From Clostridia bacterium (GTDB lineage: Bacteria > Bacillota > Clostridia > Oscillospirales > CAG-272), in contig JAFTUH010000040.1 of the NCBI GenBank assembly GCA_017466375.1, positions 15,069 through 79,068 of the forward strand: a DNA stretch of 64,000 nt. The letters run 5' to 3'. The notes under the pieces are model-generated. The model was not told the origin of the DNA and made no database searches. It worked only from the letters and a program-made list of their open reading frames with translations. Positions 45,226 to 55,127 of the stretch are shown here, piece by piece (positions within the stretch are counted from its first letter, which is position 1; every line of letters starts with the position of its first letter). A program made the position numbers and the translations under genes.

Positions 45226-46062
45226 ATGACAGTCGGAATTGTCGGACTTGGACTGATCGGCGGCTCGATGGCGAAGGCCTACAAGCAAAACGGGACGGAC
45301 ACCGTCCTCGCCGCCGAAATCGATATCCCCACGCTGGAATACGCGCGTCTGATCGGTGCCATTGACGGCACACTGACGGAGGATGCACTCGGCACGTGCG
45401 ATCTGCTCCTCATCGCGCTGTATCCCGAGGCGGCGATCGCGTATCTTACCAAGATCGCGCCGATCGTGAAAAAAGACGCCGTCGTCATCGATCTGTGCGG
45501 CACGAAGCGCACCGTATGCGAGGCAGGATTCGCCCTCGCCAAGGAGCACGGCTTCACCTTCGTCGGCGGCCATCCGATGGCGGGTCGGCAATACTCCGGC
45601 TTCAAGTACGCGGATGCAAATCTGTTCCGCGGCGCGCCGATGGTCATTGTACCGCCTACACGGGATGATATTTTCCTGCTCGATCGGGTGAAGAGAGTGC
45701 TCGCCCCCGCCCAGTTCGGACGCTTCTCCGTCACTACGGCGGATAAACACGACGAGGTCATCGCGTTCACCTCGCAGCTTGCGCACGTCGTATCCAATGC
45801 GTACGTAAAAAGCCCGACGGCACAGATTCACAGCGGATTTTCCGCCGGCTCGTACAAGGATTTGACGCGCGTGGCACGGCTGAATGAGGACATGTGGAGC
45901 ATGCTGTTCGTGGAGAACAAAGAATACCTCGCCTCCGAGCTTGACACGCTGATTGGTGAGCTTCAGAAATACCGCGACGCAATCGCCAGCGGCGACACGG
46001 ATACGGTACGCGAGCTTCTCCGTGACGGCAGAATCCGCAAGCAGGAAATCGACGGTAAATAA
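45226..46062 (+). CDS. tyrA: prephenate dehydrogenase
   Basis: VGIVGLGLIGGSMAKA Rossmann motif and GGHPMAG. RBS GGAGG. Confidence 0.9.
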   Translation: MTVGIVGLGLIGGSMAKAYKQNGTDTVLAAEIDIPTLEYARLIGAIDGTLTEDALGTCDLLLIALYPEAAIAYLTKIAPIVKKDAVVIDLCGTKRTVCEAGFALAKEHGFTFVGGHPMAGRQYSGFKYADANLFRGAPMVIVPPTRDDIFLLDRVKRVLAPAQFGRFSVTTADKHDEVIAFTSQLAHVVSNAYVKSPTAQIHSGFSAGSYKDLTRVARLNEDMWSMLFVENKEYLASELDTLIGELQKYRDAIASGDTDTVRELLRDGRIRKQEIDGK

Positions 46063-46081
46063 TTAAATTAGGAAGAAAAGT

Positions 46082-47134
46082 ATGCAGACAGTATCGGTAA
46101 ACGTATCCCGCCCGTATGAGGTGAGGATCGAGACGGGCATTCTCGCCCGTGCCGGGGAAGAAATCCGCAAAACGCTCGGCGAGGGACGCATTATGATCGT
46201 CACGGACGACACGGTGGACGCCCTCTGGGGCGCACGGCTGGAATCCTCGCTGACGGAGGCGGGAGTTTCGTTTAAGAAATTCGTGATTCCGCACGGGGAG
46301 GCGTCGAAAAACGCGCAAAGCTGGCTCGCCCTGCTCGAAACGCTCGCTGAAAACGCATTCACGCGCACGGATATCCTCTGTGCGCTCGGCGGCGGTGTCG
46401 TCGGCGATCTCACCGGATTTGCCGCGGCTACGTTTTTGCGCGGTATCCGTTATGTCGGAATCCCCACGACGCTCCTCGCCATGGTTGATTCCTCCGTCGG
46501 CGGCAAAACCGCGGTCGATCTCAGCCGGGGCAAGAACCTCGCGGGGGCGTTCCATCATCCTTCGCTCGTCCTGTGCGACCCCGGCGCGCTCTCCACACTG
46601 CCCGAGGAGGTATTTGCGGACGGCATGGCGGAGGTCATCAAATACGGCGTGCTCGGTGATGCGGAGCTGTTTGAAATATTGAAAGACCGCGATCATCTCC
46701 CGATGGAGGAGGTCATCCGCCGCTGTGTCGCGATGAAAGCCGCAATCGTGGAGGAGGACGAAACGGATCACGGCAAGCGAAAGCTGCTCAACTACGGACA
46801 TACCGCCGGTCACGCAATCGAGGCACGTGCGAATTTCACGATGCTGCACGGTCACGGCGTGGCGGCAGGCATGGTGATCGCGGCGCGGTATGCGCACTCG
46901 ATCGGACTGTGCGGCGGCGGAATTATCGAGGAGATCGCCTCGCTCGTGCGCCTGTACGGACTGCCCGATGCATCCCCGTATCCGGCGTCGGAACTTACTG
47001 AAACGGCACTCCGCGACAAAAAGCGCGAGGGCGGCAGGATCGATCTCGTTCTGCCTGAGCGGATCGGCAGCTGCGTGCTCCACCGCGTCGGCGTCGATGC
47101 ACTGCCCGCATTCCTCAGCGGAGGCGCGGTATGA
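46082..47134 (+). CDS. aroB: 3-dehydroquinate synthase
   Basis: GGGVVGDLTGFAAATFLRGIRYVGIPTTLLAMVDSSVGGKTAVD and HGHGVAAGM. Confidence 0.93.
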   Translation: MQTVSVNVSRPYEVRIETGILARAGEEIRKTLGEGRIMIVTDDTVDALWGARLESSLTEAGVSFKKFVIPHGEASKNAQSWLALLETLAENAFTRTDILCALGGGVVGDLTGFAAATFLRGIRYVGIPTTLLAMVDSSVGGKTAVDLSRGKNLAGAFHHPSLVLCDPGALSTLPEEVFADGMAEVIKYGVLGDAELFEILKDRDHLPMEEVIRRCVAMKAAIVEEDETDHGKRKLLNYGHTAGHAIEARANFTMLHGHGVAAGMVIAARYAHSIGLCGGGIIEEIASLVRLYGLPDASPYPASELTETALRDKKREGGRIDLVLPERIGSCVLHRVGVDALPAFLSGGAV

Positions 47135-48405
47135 TCTTCACCTTTACAAAATCCCCGACGGGTGGGGCGATCCCTGCAATCCCGTCGAAATCGGCGGCAC
47201 ATCGCCTGCTCATCTGCGCCGCGTTTGCAGATGCGCCCTGCACGATCATCTGCCCCGTCACAAGCGAAGACATCGACGCGACGGCACGCGTGCTGAACGC
47301 CCTCGGAGCGAACATCACCCGCACGGGGGACGGTTTTTCCGTCATTCCTGTCGGCACGGTACAGCGCGGTGCGATTCTCGACTGCGGTGAAAGCGGATCG
47401 ACACTCCGATTCATGCTGCCCGTCGCGGCGGCGATCGGTGCACAGGCGCGTTTCGTACGCCACGGTCGGCTCGCGCAGCGTCCCCTCTCCCCGCTTTATG
47501 AAGAAATGGCGCGTCACGGCGCAATCCTGCCCGACGACGCAGCGATCGATCCGCTCACGGTGGGCGGCAGGATGACGGCAGGTGAGTACACGATCGCCGC
47601 GAACGTATCCTCCCAGTTTGTAAGCGGACTGCTCCTCGCAATGCCGCTGACCGGCGGCAAATGTGCCGTCAATCTGACCGACAGAATCGAGTCTGAGGAT
47701 TATATCCGCATCACGGCATCGGCAATGGCACGATTTGGCGCGGCTCCCGCCGTCTCTGCGGACGGACGGCGATACGAAGGCGGAATCCTCCCCTACCGCT
47801 CCCCCGAAAATTGCACGGTGGAGGGCGACTGGTCCAACGCGGCGCTCTGGCTCGCGGCAGGTGCCATCGGAAAAGAGCCGGTCACCGTAACGGGACTGGA
47901 TCCCGACTCCCCGCAGGGAGACAGACGAATCGCAGACGTGCTCCGTGCCTTTGGCGCGGCAGTCACCGTCGAGGGCGATCGCGTAACCGCCGCCCCTGCG
48001 CCCCTGTCCGGCATCACGCTGGACATGTCACAGATTCCCGATCTCACCCCCGTGATCTCCGCTGTTGCGGCGGCGGCCAAGGGCGAGACGGTCATCGCAG
48101 GCATCGCACGGCTTCGCATCAAAGAAAGCGACCGCGCCGCCGCTATTGAAGAGATGCTGACCTCCCTCGGTGCGGACGCACGGGCAGAGGAAGACCGCAT
48201 CGTGATCCGCGGCGGACACCCCCTGCACGGCGGCACCGTATCCTCCGTGCGCGATCACCGCATGGTGATGTGCGCGTCACTCCTCGCCAATCTTGCGGAT
48301 GGGGACGTCTCCGTCACAGAGGCAGAGGCTATCCGCAAATCCTATCCCGGTTTCGCCGAGGACTTCCGTAAGCTCGGCGGCATCCTTACTGAGTCGGAGG
48401 CATGA
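47131..48405 (+). CDS. aroA: 3-phosphoshikimate 1-carboxyvinyltransferase (EPSP synthase)
   Basis: PSKSAAHRLLICAA, GESGSTLRFMLP, DHRMVM motifs. ATGA overlap with aroB. Confidence 0.93.
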   Translation: MIFTFTKSPTGGAIPAIPSKSAAHRLLICAAFADAPCTIICPVTSEDIDATARVLNALGANITRTGDGFSVIPVGTVQRGAILDCGESGSTLRFMLPVAAAIGAQARFVRHGRLAQRPLSPLYEEMARHGAILPDDAAIDPLTVGGRMTAGEYTIAANVSSQFVSGLLLAMPLTGGKCAVNLTDRIESEDYIRITASAMARFGAAPAVSADGRRYEGGILPYRSPENCTVEGDWSNAALWLAAGAIGKEPVTVTGLDPDSPQGDRRIADVLRAFGAAVTVEGDRVTAAPAPLSGITLDMSQIPDLTPVISAVAAAAKGETVIAGIARLRIKESDRAAAIEEMLTSLGADARAEEDRIVIRGGHPLHGGTVSSVRDHRMVMCASLLANLADGDVSVTEAEAIRKSYPGFAEDFRKLGGILTESEA

Positions 48406-49496
48406 CAGACATGTTTCTCAGAAATCTTCACCTTGACATCTACGGCGGATCGCATGACGAAAAAATCGGCGTGCGCGCCGTCGGACTGCCGCCCGGTGAG
48501 GCGGTGAATACAGACACGCTTCAGTCCTTCCTCGCGCGGCGTGCGCCCGGATCGACGAAATACGGTACCCAGCGCAAAGAGCCGGACGCGCCTGTATTCC
48601 TCTCGGGAATCACGGACGGAAAGCTGGACGGCGAGACGCTCGAAGCTGTAATCTACAACACAAATCAGCGCTCGGGCGACTACCCTGCCGTGCCGGACGT
48701 ACCGCGCCCATCCCATGCGGATTTCGCCGCGATTCAGAAATACGGGCAAGCCGTGGATCTGCGCGGCGGCGGACATTTTTCCGGCAGACTGACCGCCCCT
48801 CTTTGTATCGCAGGCGGCATCGCCCTGCAGATCCTCGCACGGCGCGGCATCTTCGTCGGTGCACACATCTCCTCCGTCGGTGAGGCGGATGATGCGCGGT
48901 TTGATCCGCTTACCGTATCAAAAGATGATTTCGACGCGGTGCTCGCGCACGGATTCCCCGTGATCGATACGGCTGCCGGTGAACAGATGCAGGCGATCAT
49001 CGATGACGCCCGTCTCGCATGCGACTCCGTCGGCGGTACAATCGAATGTGCCGTGATCGGGCTTCCCGCCGGTCTCGGCGAGCACATGTTCTGGGGGATG
49101 GAAAACCGCATCTCCCATGTAGCGTTCGGCGTGCCCGGGCTGAAGGGAATCGAATTCGGTGCGGGATTTGATCTCGCCCGTATGCGCGGCTCCGAAGCGA
49201 ACGATCCGTTCCAAACGGACGGAGAGCGCGTATTCACCACGAAAAACAACAGCGGCGGCATCCAGGGCGGCATGACAAACGGTATGCCACTGACGTTCCG
49301 CTGTGTATTGAAGCCGACGCCTTCCATCGGCATGGAGCAACAAAGCGTAAGCCTCTCCAAAATGGAGAACACGAAAATCTCCGTCGGCGGTCGGCATGAT
49401 CCTTGCATTCTCGTACGCGCCGTCCCCGTTATCGAAGCGGTCGCCGCCATTGCGGTCCTCGACGCGCTGCTCGATCCCGCCTTGCTTCCTTTGTAA
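48402..49496 (+). CDS. aroC: chorismate synthase
   Basis: YGGSHDEKIG, RPSHADF and GGGHFSGR motifs. The start is ambiguous: ATG 48402 overlaps the aroA stop, while ATG 48411 has better spacing from GGAGG. Confidence 0.9.
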   Translation: MTDMFLRNLHLDIYGGSHDEKIGVRAVGLPPGEAVNTDTLQSFLARRAPGSTKYGTQRKEPDAPVFLSGITDGKLDGETLEAVIYNTNQRSGDYPAVPDVPRPSHADFAAIQKYGQAVDLRGGGHFSGRLTAPLCIAGGIALQILARRGIFVGAHISSVGEADDARFDPLTVSKDDFDAVLAHGFPVIDTAAGEQMQAIIDDARLACDSVGGTIECAVIGLPAGLGEHMFWGMENRISHVAFGVPGLKGIEFGAGFDLARMRGSEANDPFQTDGERVFTTKNNSGGIQGGMTNGMPLTFRCVLKPTPSIGMEQQSVSLSKMENTKISVGGRHDPCILVRAVPVIEAVAAIAVLDALLDPALLPL

Positions 49497-49526
49497 AAAA
49501 TTCAGATATATATTAGGAGTTTAACC

Positions 49527-50672
49527 ATGGATCTTTCAGAACTGAGAAAACAAATCGACACCATTGACAATGATCTCCTCCGCCTGTTCATGGAGCGTAT
49601 GCAGATCTCCAACAGCATTGCAGAATACAAAAGAGAGCACGGTCTGCCCGTCCTCGACAGTGCCCGTGAGCGCGAGCTGCTCGCAGGCATCGCAGAACGC
49701 GCCGGGGAGGACATGGACGAATACGCCGTCGTGCTGTATTCCACGATCCTCTCTTTGAGCCGCTCGTACCAGCACAAGAAGCTCGCACCCGAAAGCAAAT
49801 ACGGTGCGATCATCCAAAACGCGCTGGACACGACCGAAAAGCTGTTCCCCGAGAAGGCGCGTGTCGCCTGCCAGGGCGTGGAGGGCGCGTACTCCCAAAT
49901 CGCCGCCACGAAGCTGTTCAAGCTCCCCTCCATTCTCTATTTCAGCGCATTTGACGGCGTGTTCGCCGCCATTGAATCGGGCATGTGCGACTACGGCGTT
50001 CTGCCGATCGAGAACAGCACCGCCGGCTCCGTCAAGAGAGTGTACGATCTGATGGTCGATCACAATCTCTATATCAATCGCTCCATGCGCGTAAAGATCG
50101 AGCATCATCTGCTTGCCAAGCCCGGCACGAAGATGACCGACATCAAGGAGATCTTCTCTCATGAGCAGGCGATCGATCAGTGCGCCGCTTTCCTGCGCAC
50201 GTTCAAGGATGTAAAAATCACCGTATGCCAGAATACTGCCGTCGCCGCGCAGATGGTCGCACAGTCCGATAGAAAGGACGTTGCGGCGCTCTCTGCCCGC
50301 GCTTGTGCCGAGCTGTACGGACTGGATTCTCTCGCGGACAGCGTACAGGACAAGAGCAACAACTACACGCGCTTCATCTGCGTATCCCGCCGTCCCGAGA
50401 TTTATCCCGGCGCTGACCGCACGAGCATCATGCTCGTCACCCCGCATAAGCCCGGTGCGCTCTACAACGTGCTGGCACGCATCAACGCGCTCGGTCTGAA
50501 CCTCTTGAAACTCGAGTCCCGCCCGATTCCCGAGAGAGAATTCGAGTTCATGTTCTATTTCGACATCGAAGGCTCGGCGTATGCACCGGAGCTCACCGAG
50601 CTGATCTCCGAATTGGAAGCGGACAGCGAACAGTTCAAGTATCTCGGCACGTATGCTGAGACGATCGGCTGA
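49527..50672 (+). CDS. pheA: bifunctional chorismate mutase / prephenate dehydratase (P-protein type, with C-terminal ACT domain)
   Basis: N-terminal CM_2 (LSELRKQIDTIDNDLLRLFMERMQIS), the PDT domain (VACQGVEGAYSQIAA...TRF), then an ACT-like end. Confidence 0.92.
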   Translation: MDLSELRKQIDTIDNDLLRLFMERMQISNSIAEYKREHGLPVLDSARERELLAGIAERAGEDMDEYAVVLYSTILSLSRSYQHKKLAPESKYGAIIQNALDTTEKLFPEKARVACQGVEGAYSQIAATKLFKLPSILYFSAFDGVFAAIESGMCDYGVLPIENSTAGSVKRVYDLMVDHNLYINRSMRVKIEHHLLAKPGTKMTDIKEIFSHEQAIDQCAAFLRTFKDVKITVCQNTAVAAQMVAQSDRKDVAALSARACAELYGLDSLADSVQDKSNNYTRFICVSRRPEIYPGADRTSIMLVTPHKPGALYNVLARINALGLNLLKLESRPIPEREFEFMFYFDIEGSAYAPELTELISELEADSEQFKYLGTYAETIG

Positions 50673-50673
50673 T

Positions 50674-51912
50674 ATGAGTGAAACAAAAATCTACGGACTG
50701 CTGGGGGAGAAGCTCGGACACAGCTACTCTCCGCAGATCCACGCGCACCTCGGAGAGTACGAATACCGTCTGTTTGAACGGGCGGAGGAGGACGTGCCCG
50801 CGTTTCTGAACTCGGGTGAATTTGAAGCGATCAACGTAACGATCCCGTACAAAAAGACGGTCATGCCGTACCTTGCGGAAATCTCCGACGAGGCGATCAA
50901 AATCGGCTCGGTGAATACGATCACGCGGGTAGAAAACGGCCTGCGCGGAGATAATACGGATTACTACGGCTTCTCCTATATGCTCGCCGAAAGCGGCATC
51001 GACGTCAGAGGCAAAAAATGCCTCGTTCTCGGCTCAGGCGGTGCATCCGTGACTGCGCAGGCGGTGCTTGCCGATCTAGGTGCGATCCCCGTAGTGATCT
51101 CCCGCGGCGGTGAGAACAATTATGACAATCTCGACCGCCATGCCGATGCATCCGTGATCGTGAACACAACACCGGTCGGAATGTACCCCAAAAACGGCGT
51201 CTCCCCGATTGATCTGTCGCTCTTCCCCGCCCTCACCGGCGTGGTCGATATGATCTACAATCCGCGCCGCACTGCGCTGATCCTTCAGGCGAAAGACCGC
51301 GGCATCCCTGCCGTGAGCGGACTGTCTATGCTCGTCGCGCAGGCAAAGCGTGCCAATGAGCTTTTCTTTGCCCGTCCGTTGCCCGATACGGTTACCGAAG
51401 AGGTGATCCGCAAAACGAGACGGCAGATGGACAACGTGATCCTGAGCGGTATGCCCGGCTGCGGCAAATCAACGGCGGGCATGCGGCTCGCCGAACGGCT
51501 CGGCTTCGATTTCGCCGATACGGATGAGGAGATCGTGCAGATGACAGGGCGCACGCCTGCCGAGATTATCAAGGCGGAGGGCGAGGACACGTTCCGTAAA
51601 ATCGAGCATGACGCCGCGTGTGCGCTCGGCAAACGAAGTCACACCGTGATCGCGACCGGCGGCGGCATCGTCACACGGGCGGAAAACCGCGATCCGCTCC
51701 GTCAGAACGGCACCGTGATCTATCTCACACGACCGCTTGAAAAGCTTGCGACGGGAGGCAGACCGCTGACAGCGAAAAACGGCGTGCAGGCGCTGTTTGA
51801 TACGCGCCGCCCGCTGTATGAATCCTGGGCGGATGCGTGCGCCGTCTGCAAGGATGACACGGAAGAAACCCTACAAAATCTACTCGCCGCCATCGATGCG
51901 GCAAAGGAGTAA
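50674..51912 (+). CDS. aroE: fused shikimate dehydrogenase (AroE) - shikimate kinase (AroK)
   Basis: Residues 1 to ~250: GEKLGHSYSPQIH...NVTIPYK...NTD...LGSGGAS. From ~252: shikimate kinase with Walker A GMPGCGKST, DTDEEI and IATGGG. One uninterrupted frame. Start ATG 50674, 1 nt after the pheA stop. Confidence 0.9.
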   Translation: MSETKIYGLLGEKLGHSYSPQIHAHLGEYEYRLFERAEEDVPAFLNSGEFEAINVTIPYKKTVMPYLAEISDEAIKIGSVNTITRVENGLRGDNTDYYGFSYMLAESGIDVRGKKCLVLGSGGASVTAQAVLADLGAIPVVISRGGENNYDNLDRHADASVIVNTTPVGMYPKNGVSPIDLSLFPALTGVVDMIYNPRRTALILQAKDRGIPAVSGLSMLVAQAKRANELFFARPLPDTVTEEVIRKTRRQMDNVILSGMPGCGKSTAGMRLAERLGFDFADTDEEIVQMTGRTPAEIIKAEGEDTFRKIEHDAACALGKRSHTVIATGGGIVTRAENRDPLRQNGTVIYLTRPLEKLATGGRPLTAKNGVQALFDTRRPLYESWADACAVCKDDTEETLQNLLAAIDAAKE

Positions 51913-51915
51913 TGT

Positions 51916-52350
51916 ATGCGAATTTTGATTATCAACGGACCGAATCTGAATATGCTCGGCGTACGTGAGCCGTCCGTCTACGGCACGGGAAGTTATGAAC
52001 AGTTGTGCGCGATGCTGCACGGCTGGGCGGATATGCTGGACGTCGAAATCGAGATCTTCCAGTCGAATCACGAGGGCGCGATCGTGGACGAAATCCAGGA
52101 GGCACTCGGGAATTTCGACGGCATCGTGATCAATCCGGCGGCGTACACGCACACGAGCGTCGCGATCCTCGACGCGCTCAAGGCGGTATCGATCCCGACG
52201 GTGGAGGTGCATATCTCCGACGTGAATGCAAGAGAGGAATTCCGCCGCCACTCGTTCGTGTCCCTCTATGCGATGAAGACGATCGCCGGCTTGGGATTCG
52301 ACGGCTATCGCGTAGCACTGGAAACCTTGAAAACCGCGCTTGCCGAGTAA
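51916..52350 (+). CDS. aroQ: type II 3-dehydroquinate dehydratase
   Basis: MRILIINGPNLNMLGVREPSVYG...QSNHEGAIVD...INPAAYTHTSVA. Confidence 0.95.
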   Translation: MRILIINGPNLNMLGVREPSVYGTGSYEQLCAMLHGWADMLDVEIEIFQSNHEGAIVDEIQEALGNFDGIVINPAAYTHTSVAILDALKAVSIPTVEVHISDVNAREEFRRHSFVSLYAMKTIAGLGFDGYRVALETLKTALAE

Positions 52351-52359
52351 ACCGAATCG

Positions 52360-52389
52360 AAAAAGAGACGCAGAAGCGTCTCTTTTTTT
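52360..52389 (+). terminator. rho-independent terminator of the aro operon
   Basis: AAAAAGAGACGC/GCGTCTCTTTTT stem with loop AGAA, followed by a T-run. Confidence 0.75.
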
Positions 52390-52418
52390 GCCGTTTCTCT
52401 GTTTTTTACGAATACCCG

Positions 52419-52447
52419 TTGAATTTGTGCGGAAAATATTGTATAAT
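52419..52447 (+). promoter_or_regulatory. near-consensus promoter of the envelope glycopolymer operon
   Basis: TTGAAT (52419-52424), a 17-nt spacer, then TATAAT (52442-52447). Confidence 0.55.
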
Positions 52448-52486
52448 AATGATGTATTATTATTTTTGGAAAGGAGGCGTTCCGTT

Positions 52487-54619
52487 TTGAAAGAAAAGCC
52501 TAACCGCCAAGGCAAAAAATCCTCGCCCGGACTGCTCCGCGGCAGCGTAATTCTCAGCGGCGTTGACCGTTTGCTCACGTGCATATACCGCTGTATCAAG
52601 GACGGCTTCTTCGGACGGATCTTCTCCGCGTATCCGCAAAGTGCAATCAGCACAGCGGACAAGCCCTCCGGCGGCAGAAAAAGCTTTCTGTACAGGCGTA
52701 TACTGCTGCCCGTGCGGCGCGCCATTTCCGTACGCGCGGAGCACAGCTTCTTCCTCTCCCTCATCCAGCGGCTGATTGCTTTCTTCCTCCGCTGCCGACT
52801 GCGCGTATACGGAACCTTTTTCCTTACGTTCGGTATCTATACTGCCGCCGCGTATCTCCTCTCCCTGCTTGGAGGCGGCTCTGTTCCTTTCTCCAATCTC
52901 ATCATCGCCGCGGTGCTGGTCCTCTCCTCCATCGCGCTGATTACTGCCAACGTATCTCTCTCCGAAGCACTTTTGTCGTCATCGTTCGCACCGCGGCTAT
53001 GTGCCGTTTTCGGCATACGTCAAAAATCATTGCGGGCGGAAGGGCTCTCCGGCAGATCGGACGTTGCCTTTATCGTGGGTATGATCCTCGGTCTATTGAC
53101 GACTGCGATCCCCGTGAGTTATATTTTCCTTTTGTTTGCGGGCGTTTTCCTCCTTTACCGCATTTTCGTGACACCGGAGCTCGGTGTCTCCGCCCTCTTT
53201 TTGCTGATGCCGTTTCTGCCTACCATGGTGCTGGCAGCACTTCTCATATATACCGCACTTTGCTTCGGCATCAAGCTGCTTTTAGGCAAACGCAAAATTT
53301 ATTTTGAAACGGTCGATCTGGCAGCACTGCTGTTCGCTCTCGCGATATTGCTCGGCGGCGTATTCTCCTTCTCGTCGGGATCCTTGAAACCGGCTCTTCT
53401 CTTGGTCTGCCTGATGGGCGGCTATTTCCTCACGGTGCTCATGTGCAGAACGGAGGAGTGGCTCACGCATTGCACCGGCTCCTCGATCCTGGGTGCCGCT
53501 TTTGTCTCCCTGTACGGTATTCTCCAATACTTTACGGGATCCATCGGCGAGGCTGGCGCATGGCTCGATACCGAAATGTTTGAAGATATCGCCGGGCGCG
53601 TCGTCTCCACCTTGGAAAACCCGAACATGCTCGCGGAATACCTGATTCTCCTTCTGCCTATCGCTGCCTGCCGCTTTTTGACGCGCGGCACTCCCATGAA
53701 ACGTGCCGCCGGTCTATGCGCCGCCGCGCTGATGGGCGTTTGCCTGATTCTCACGTGGAGCCGCGGCGCATGGCTTGGACTGATCTTCGGTGCGTTCCTG
53801 TTCCTTCTGATCTGGCACCGCCGGGCACTGTCTCTGATTCTCGCCGGGGTGATCGCTGTGCCGGTTCTCCCCTTCGTCCTGCCCGAGTCCATCATATCCC
53901 GATTTACAAGTATCGGCAATCTGGCTGACACCTCAACCTCCTACCGTTTGAATATCTGGCGCGGTGCCGTGCATATGCTGGGCGATTTCTGGCAGAGCGG
54001 CATCGGTGTCGGAGAGGCTGCGTGGGACACGGTGTATCCGCGGTATTCCCTCGCCGCCATTGAAGCGGCACCGCATGCGCACAATCTGTACCTGCAGACG
54101 TGGATCGAATGCGGTATCGTGGGAATTTTGCTGTTGTTTGTCTTCCTGTTCTTCCTTTGTCAGGCGAATTTCTCGTTCTACCGCGCGCTTTCCGATATGC
54201 GGAAAACGATCGTGGAATCGATCTCCGCTACCCATTTGAAACCGAACATGGGAGAAAGCCGTACCGCTGTTATTCACGACAACGGCACGGATCGCGCTTC
54301 CGCTGAAAAGGAGATCACGGCACTCCGCCTGAATGCTGCGGCCCCGCTATGCGGTCTGCTGGCTGCACTCGCGCAAGGGTTGACCGATTACACCTGGTAC
54401 AACTACCGCGTATTCCTGATGTTCTGGCTGGTAGCCGGTCTTACCGCCGCCTACGCTCGCTGCGGAACGTCGGAACTTACACACATCAAGAGCGTCAATT
54501 CTCACAGGCAGGACACGCCGGATGAGGCGGAGGCTGAAATTCACCTTGCGCCCCCCGCCGCCAAATCGGCTAAACAAAAAACAAAAAAAGTGGAGAAAGG
54601 AACCGTCTCTCATGGCTAA
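52487..54619 (+). CDS. O-antigen ligase / polymerase-like (Wzy_C family) polytopic membrane protein
   Basis: Wzy_C-like core (LILTWSRGAWLGLIFGAFLFLL) with more than 10 TM helices. No in-frame ATG lies near the 5' end. TTG 52487 is preceded by AAAGGAGG with a 9-nt spacer. Confidence 0.75.
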   Translation: MKEKPNRQGKKSSPGLLRGSVILSGVDRLLTCIYRCIKDGFFGRIFSAYPQSAISTADKPSGGRKSFLYRRILLPVRRAISVRAEHSFFLSLIQRLIAFFLRCRLRVYGTFFLTFGIYTAAAYLLSLLGGGSVPFSNLIIAAVLVLSSIALITANVSLSEALLSSSFAPRLCAVFGIRQKSLRAEGLSGRSDVAFIVGMILGLLTTAIPVSYIFLLFAGVFLLYRIFVTPELGVSALFLLMPFLPTMVLAALLIYTALCFGIKLLLGKRKIYFETVDLAALLFALAILLGGVFSFSSGSLKPALLLVCLMGGYFLTVLMCRTEEWLTHCTGSSILGAAFVSLYGILQYFTGSIGEAGAWLDTEMFEDIAGRVVSTLENPNMLAEYLILLLPIAACRFLTRGTPMKRAAGLCAAALMGVCLILTWSRGAWLGLIFGAFLFLLIWHRRALSLILAGVIAVPVLPFVLPESIISRFTSIGNLADTSTSYRLNIWRGAVHMLGDFWQSGIGVGEAAWDTVYPRYSLAAIEAAPHAHNLYLQTWIECGIVGILLLFVFLFFLCQANFSFYRALSDMRKTIVESISATHLKPNMGESRTAVIHDNGTDRASAEKEITALRLNAAAPLCGLLAALAQGLTDYTWYNYRVFLMFWLVAGLTAAYARCGTSELTHIKSVNSHRQDTPDEAEAEIHLAPPAAKSAKQKTKKVEKGTVSHG

Positions 54620-55100
54620 GCGTAAAACCGGATTCAATCTTATGGACGCGGTGATCCTCGTGGCGATTCTCGCCGTGGTCGCACTGCTTTTGTACGTATT
54701 TGTCTTCAGCGAATCCGCCTCTGTGCAGGCAGGAAACACGGACTCGTACACGCTTACCTACGTCGTCGAAGCCACCAAGATCAGCGAGGAATTCGCGGAC
54801 AAAATCAGCATCGGCGACACTGTCATTGATTCTGCCAAAAAGATGCGGATCGGTACGGTCACCGCTGTGGAGGTAAAGCCGTACGAACATATGGCAACCA
54901 ATCTTCACGAGGGCAAACTCGTGCTGACGCCTGTGGACGGATACAAAAACCTGGAAATTACAGTACAGGCGGATGCCGTTCTGGACGGAATCTCGTACAG
55001 CATAAACGGATATGAAATGTACGTCGGCGCAAAGATATTCCTGTCATTCGGGGATATGGTCTGCTCCGGGTACTGCATTTCTCTGGATGCGGCACAGTAA
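54612..55100 (+). CDS. DUF4330-family membrane-anchored protein
   Basis: N-terminal FNLMDAVILVAILAVVALLLY anchor typical of DUF4330, then a ~120-aa beta-rich domain. ATG 54612 overlaps the stop of the ligase-like gene by 8 nt. Confidence 0.7.
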   Translation: MAKRKTGFNLMDAVILVAILAVVALLLYVFVFSESASVQAGNTDSYTLTYVVEATKISEEFADKISIGDTVIDSAKKMRIGTVTAVEVKPYEHMATNLHEGKLVLTPVDGYKNLEITVQADAVLDGISYSINGYEMYVGAKIFLSFGDMVCSGYCISLDAAQ

Positions 55101-55127
55101 ATACCCATCCCCGAAAGGATTGAACGT

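Noticed and set aside
44116-45831. 571-aa minus-strand ORF
   Set aside because: It is antisense to aroF and tyrA, both of which have clear family motifs. There is no RBS and the composition is low-complexity Arg/Gly-rich.
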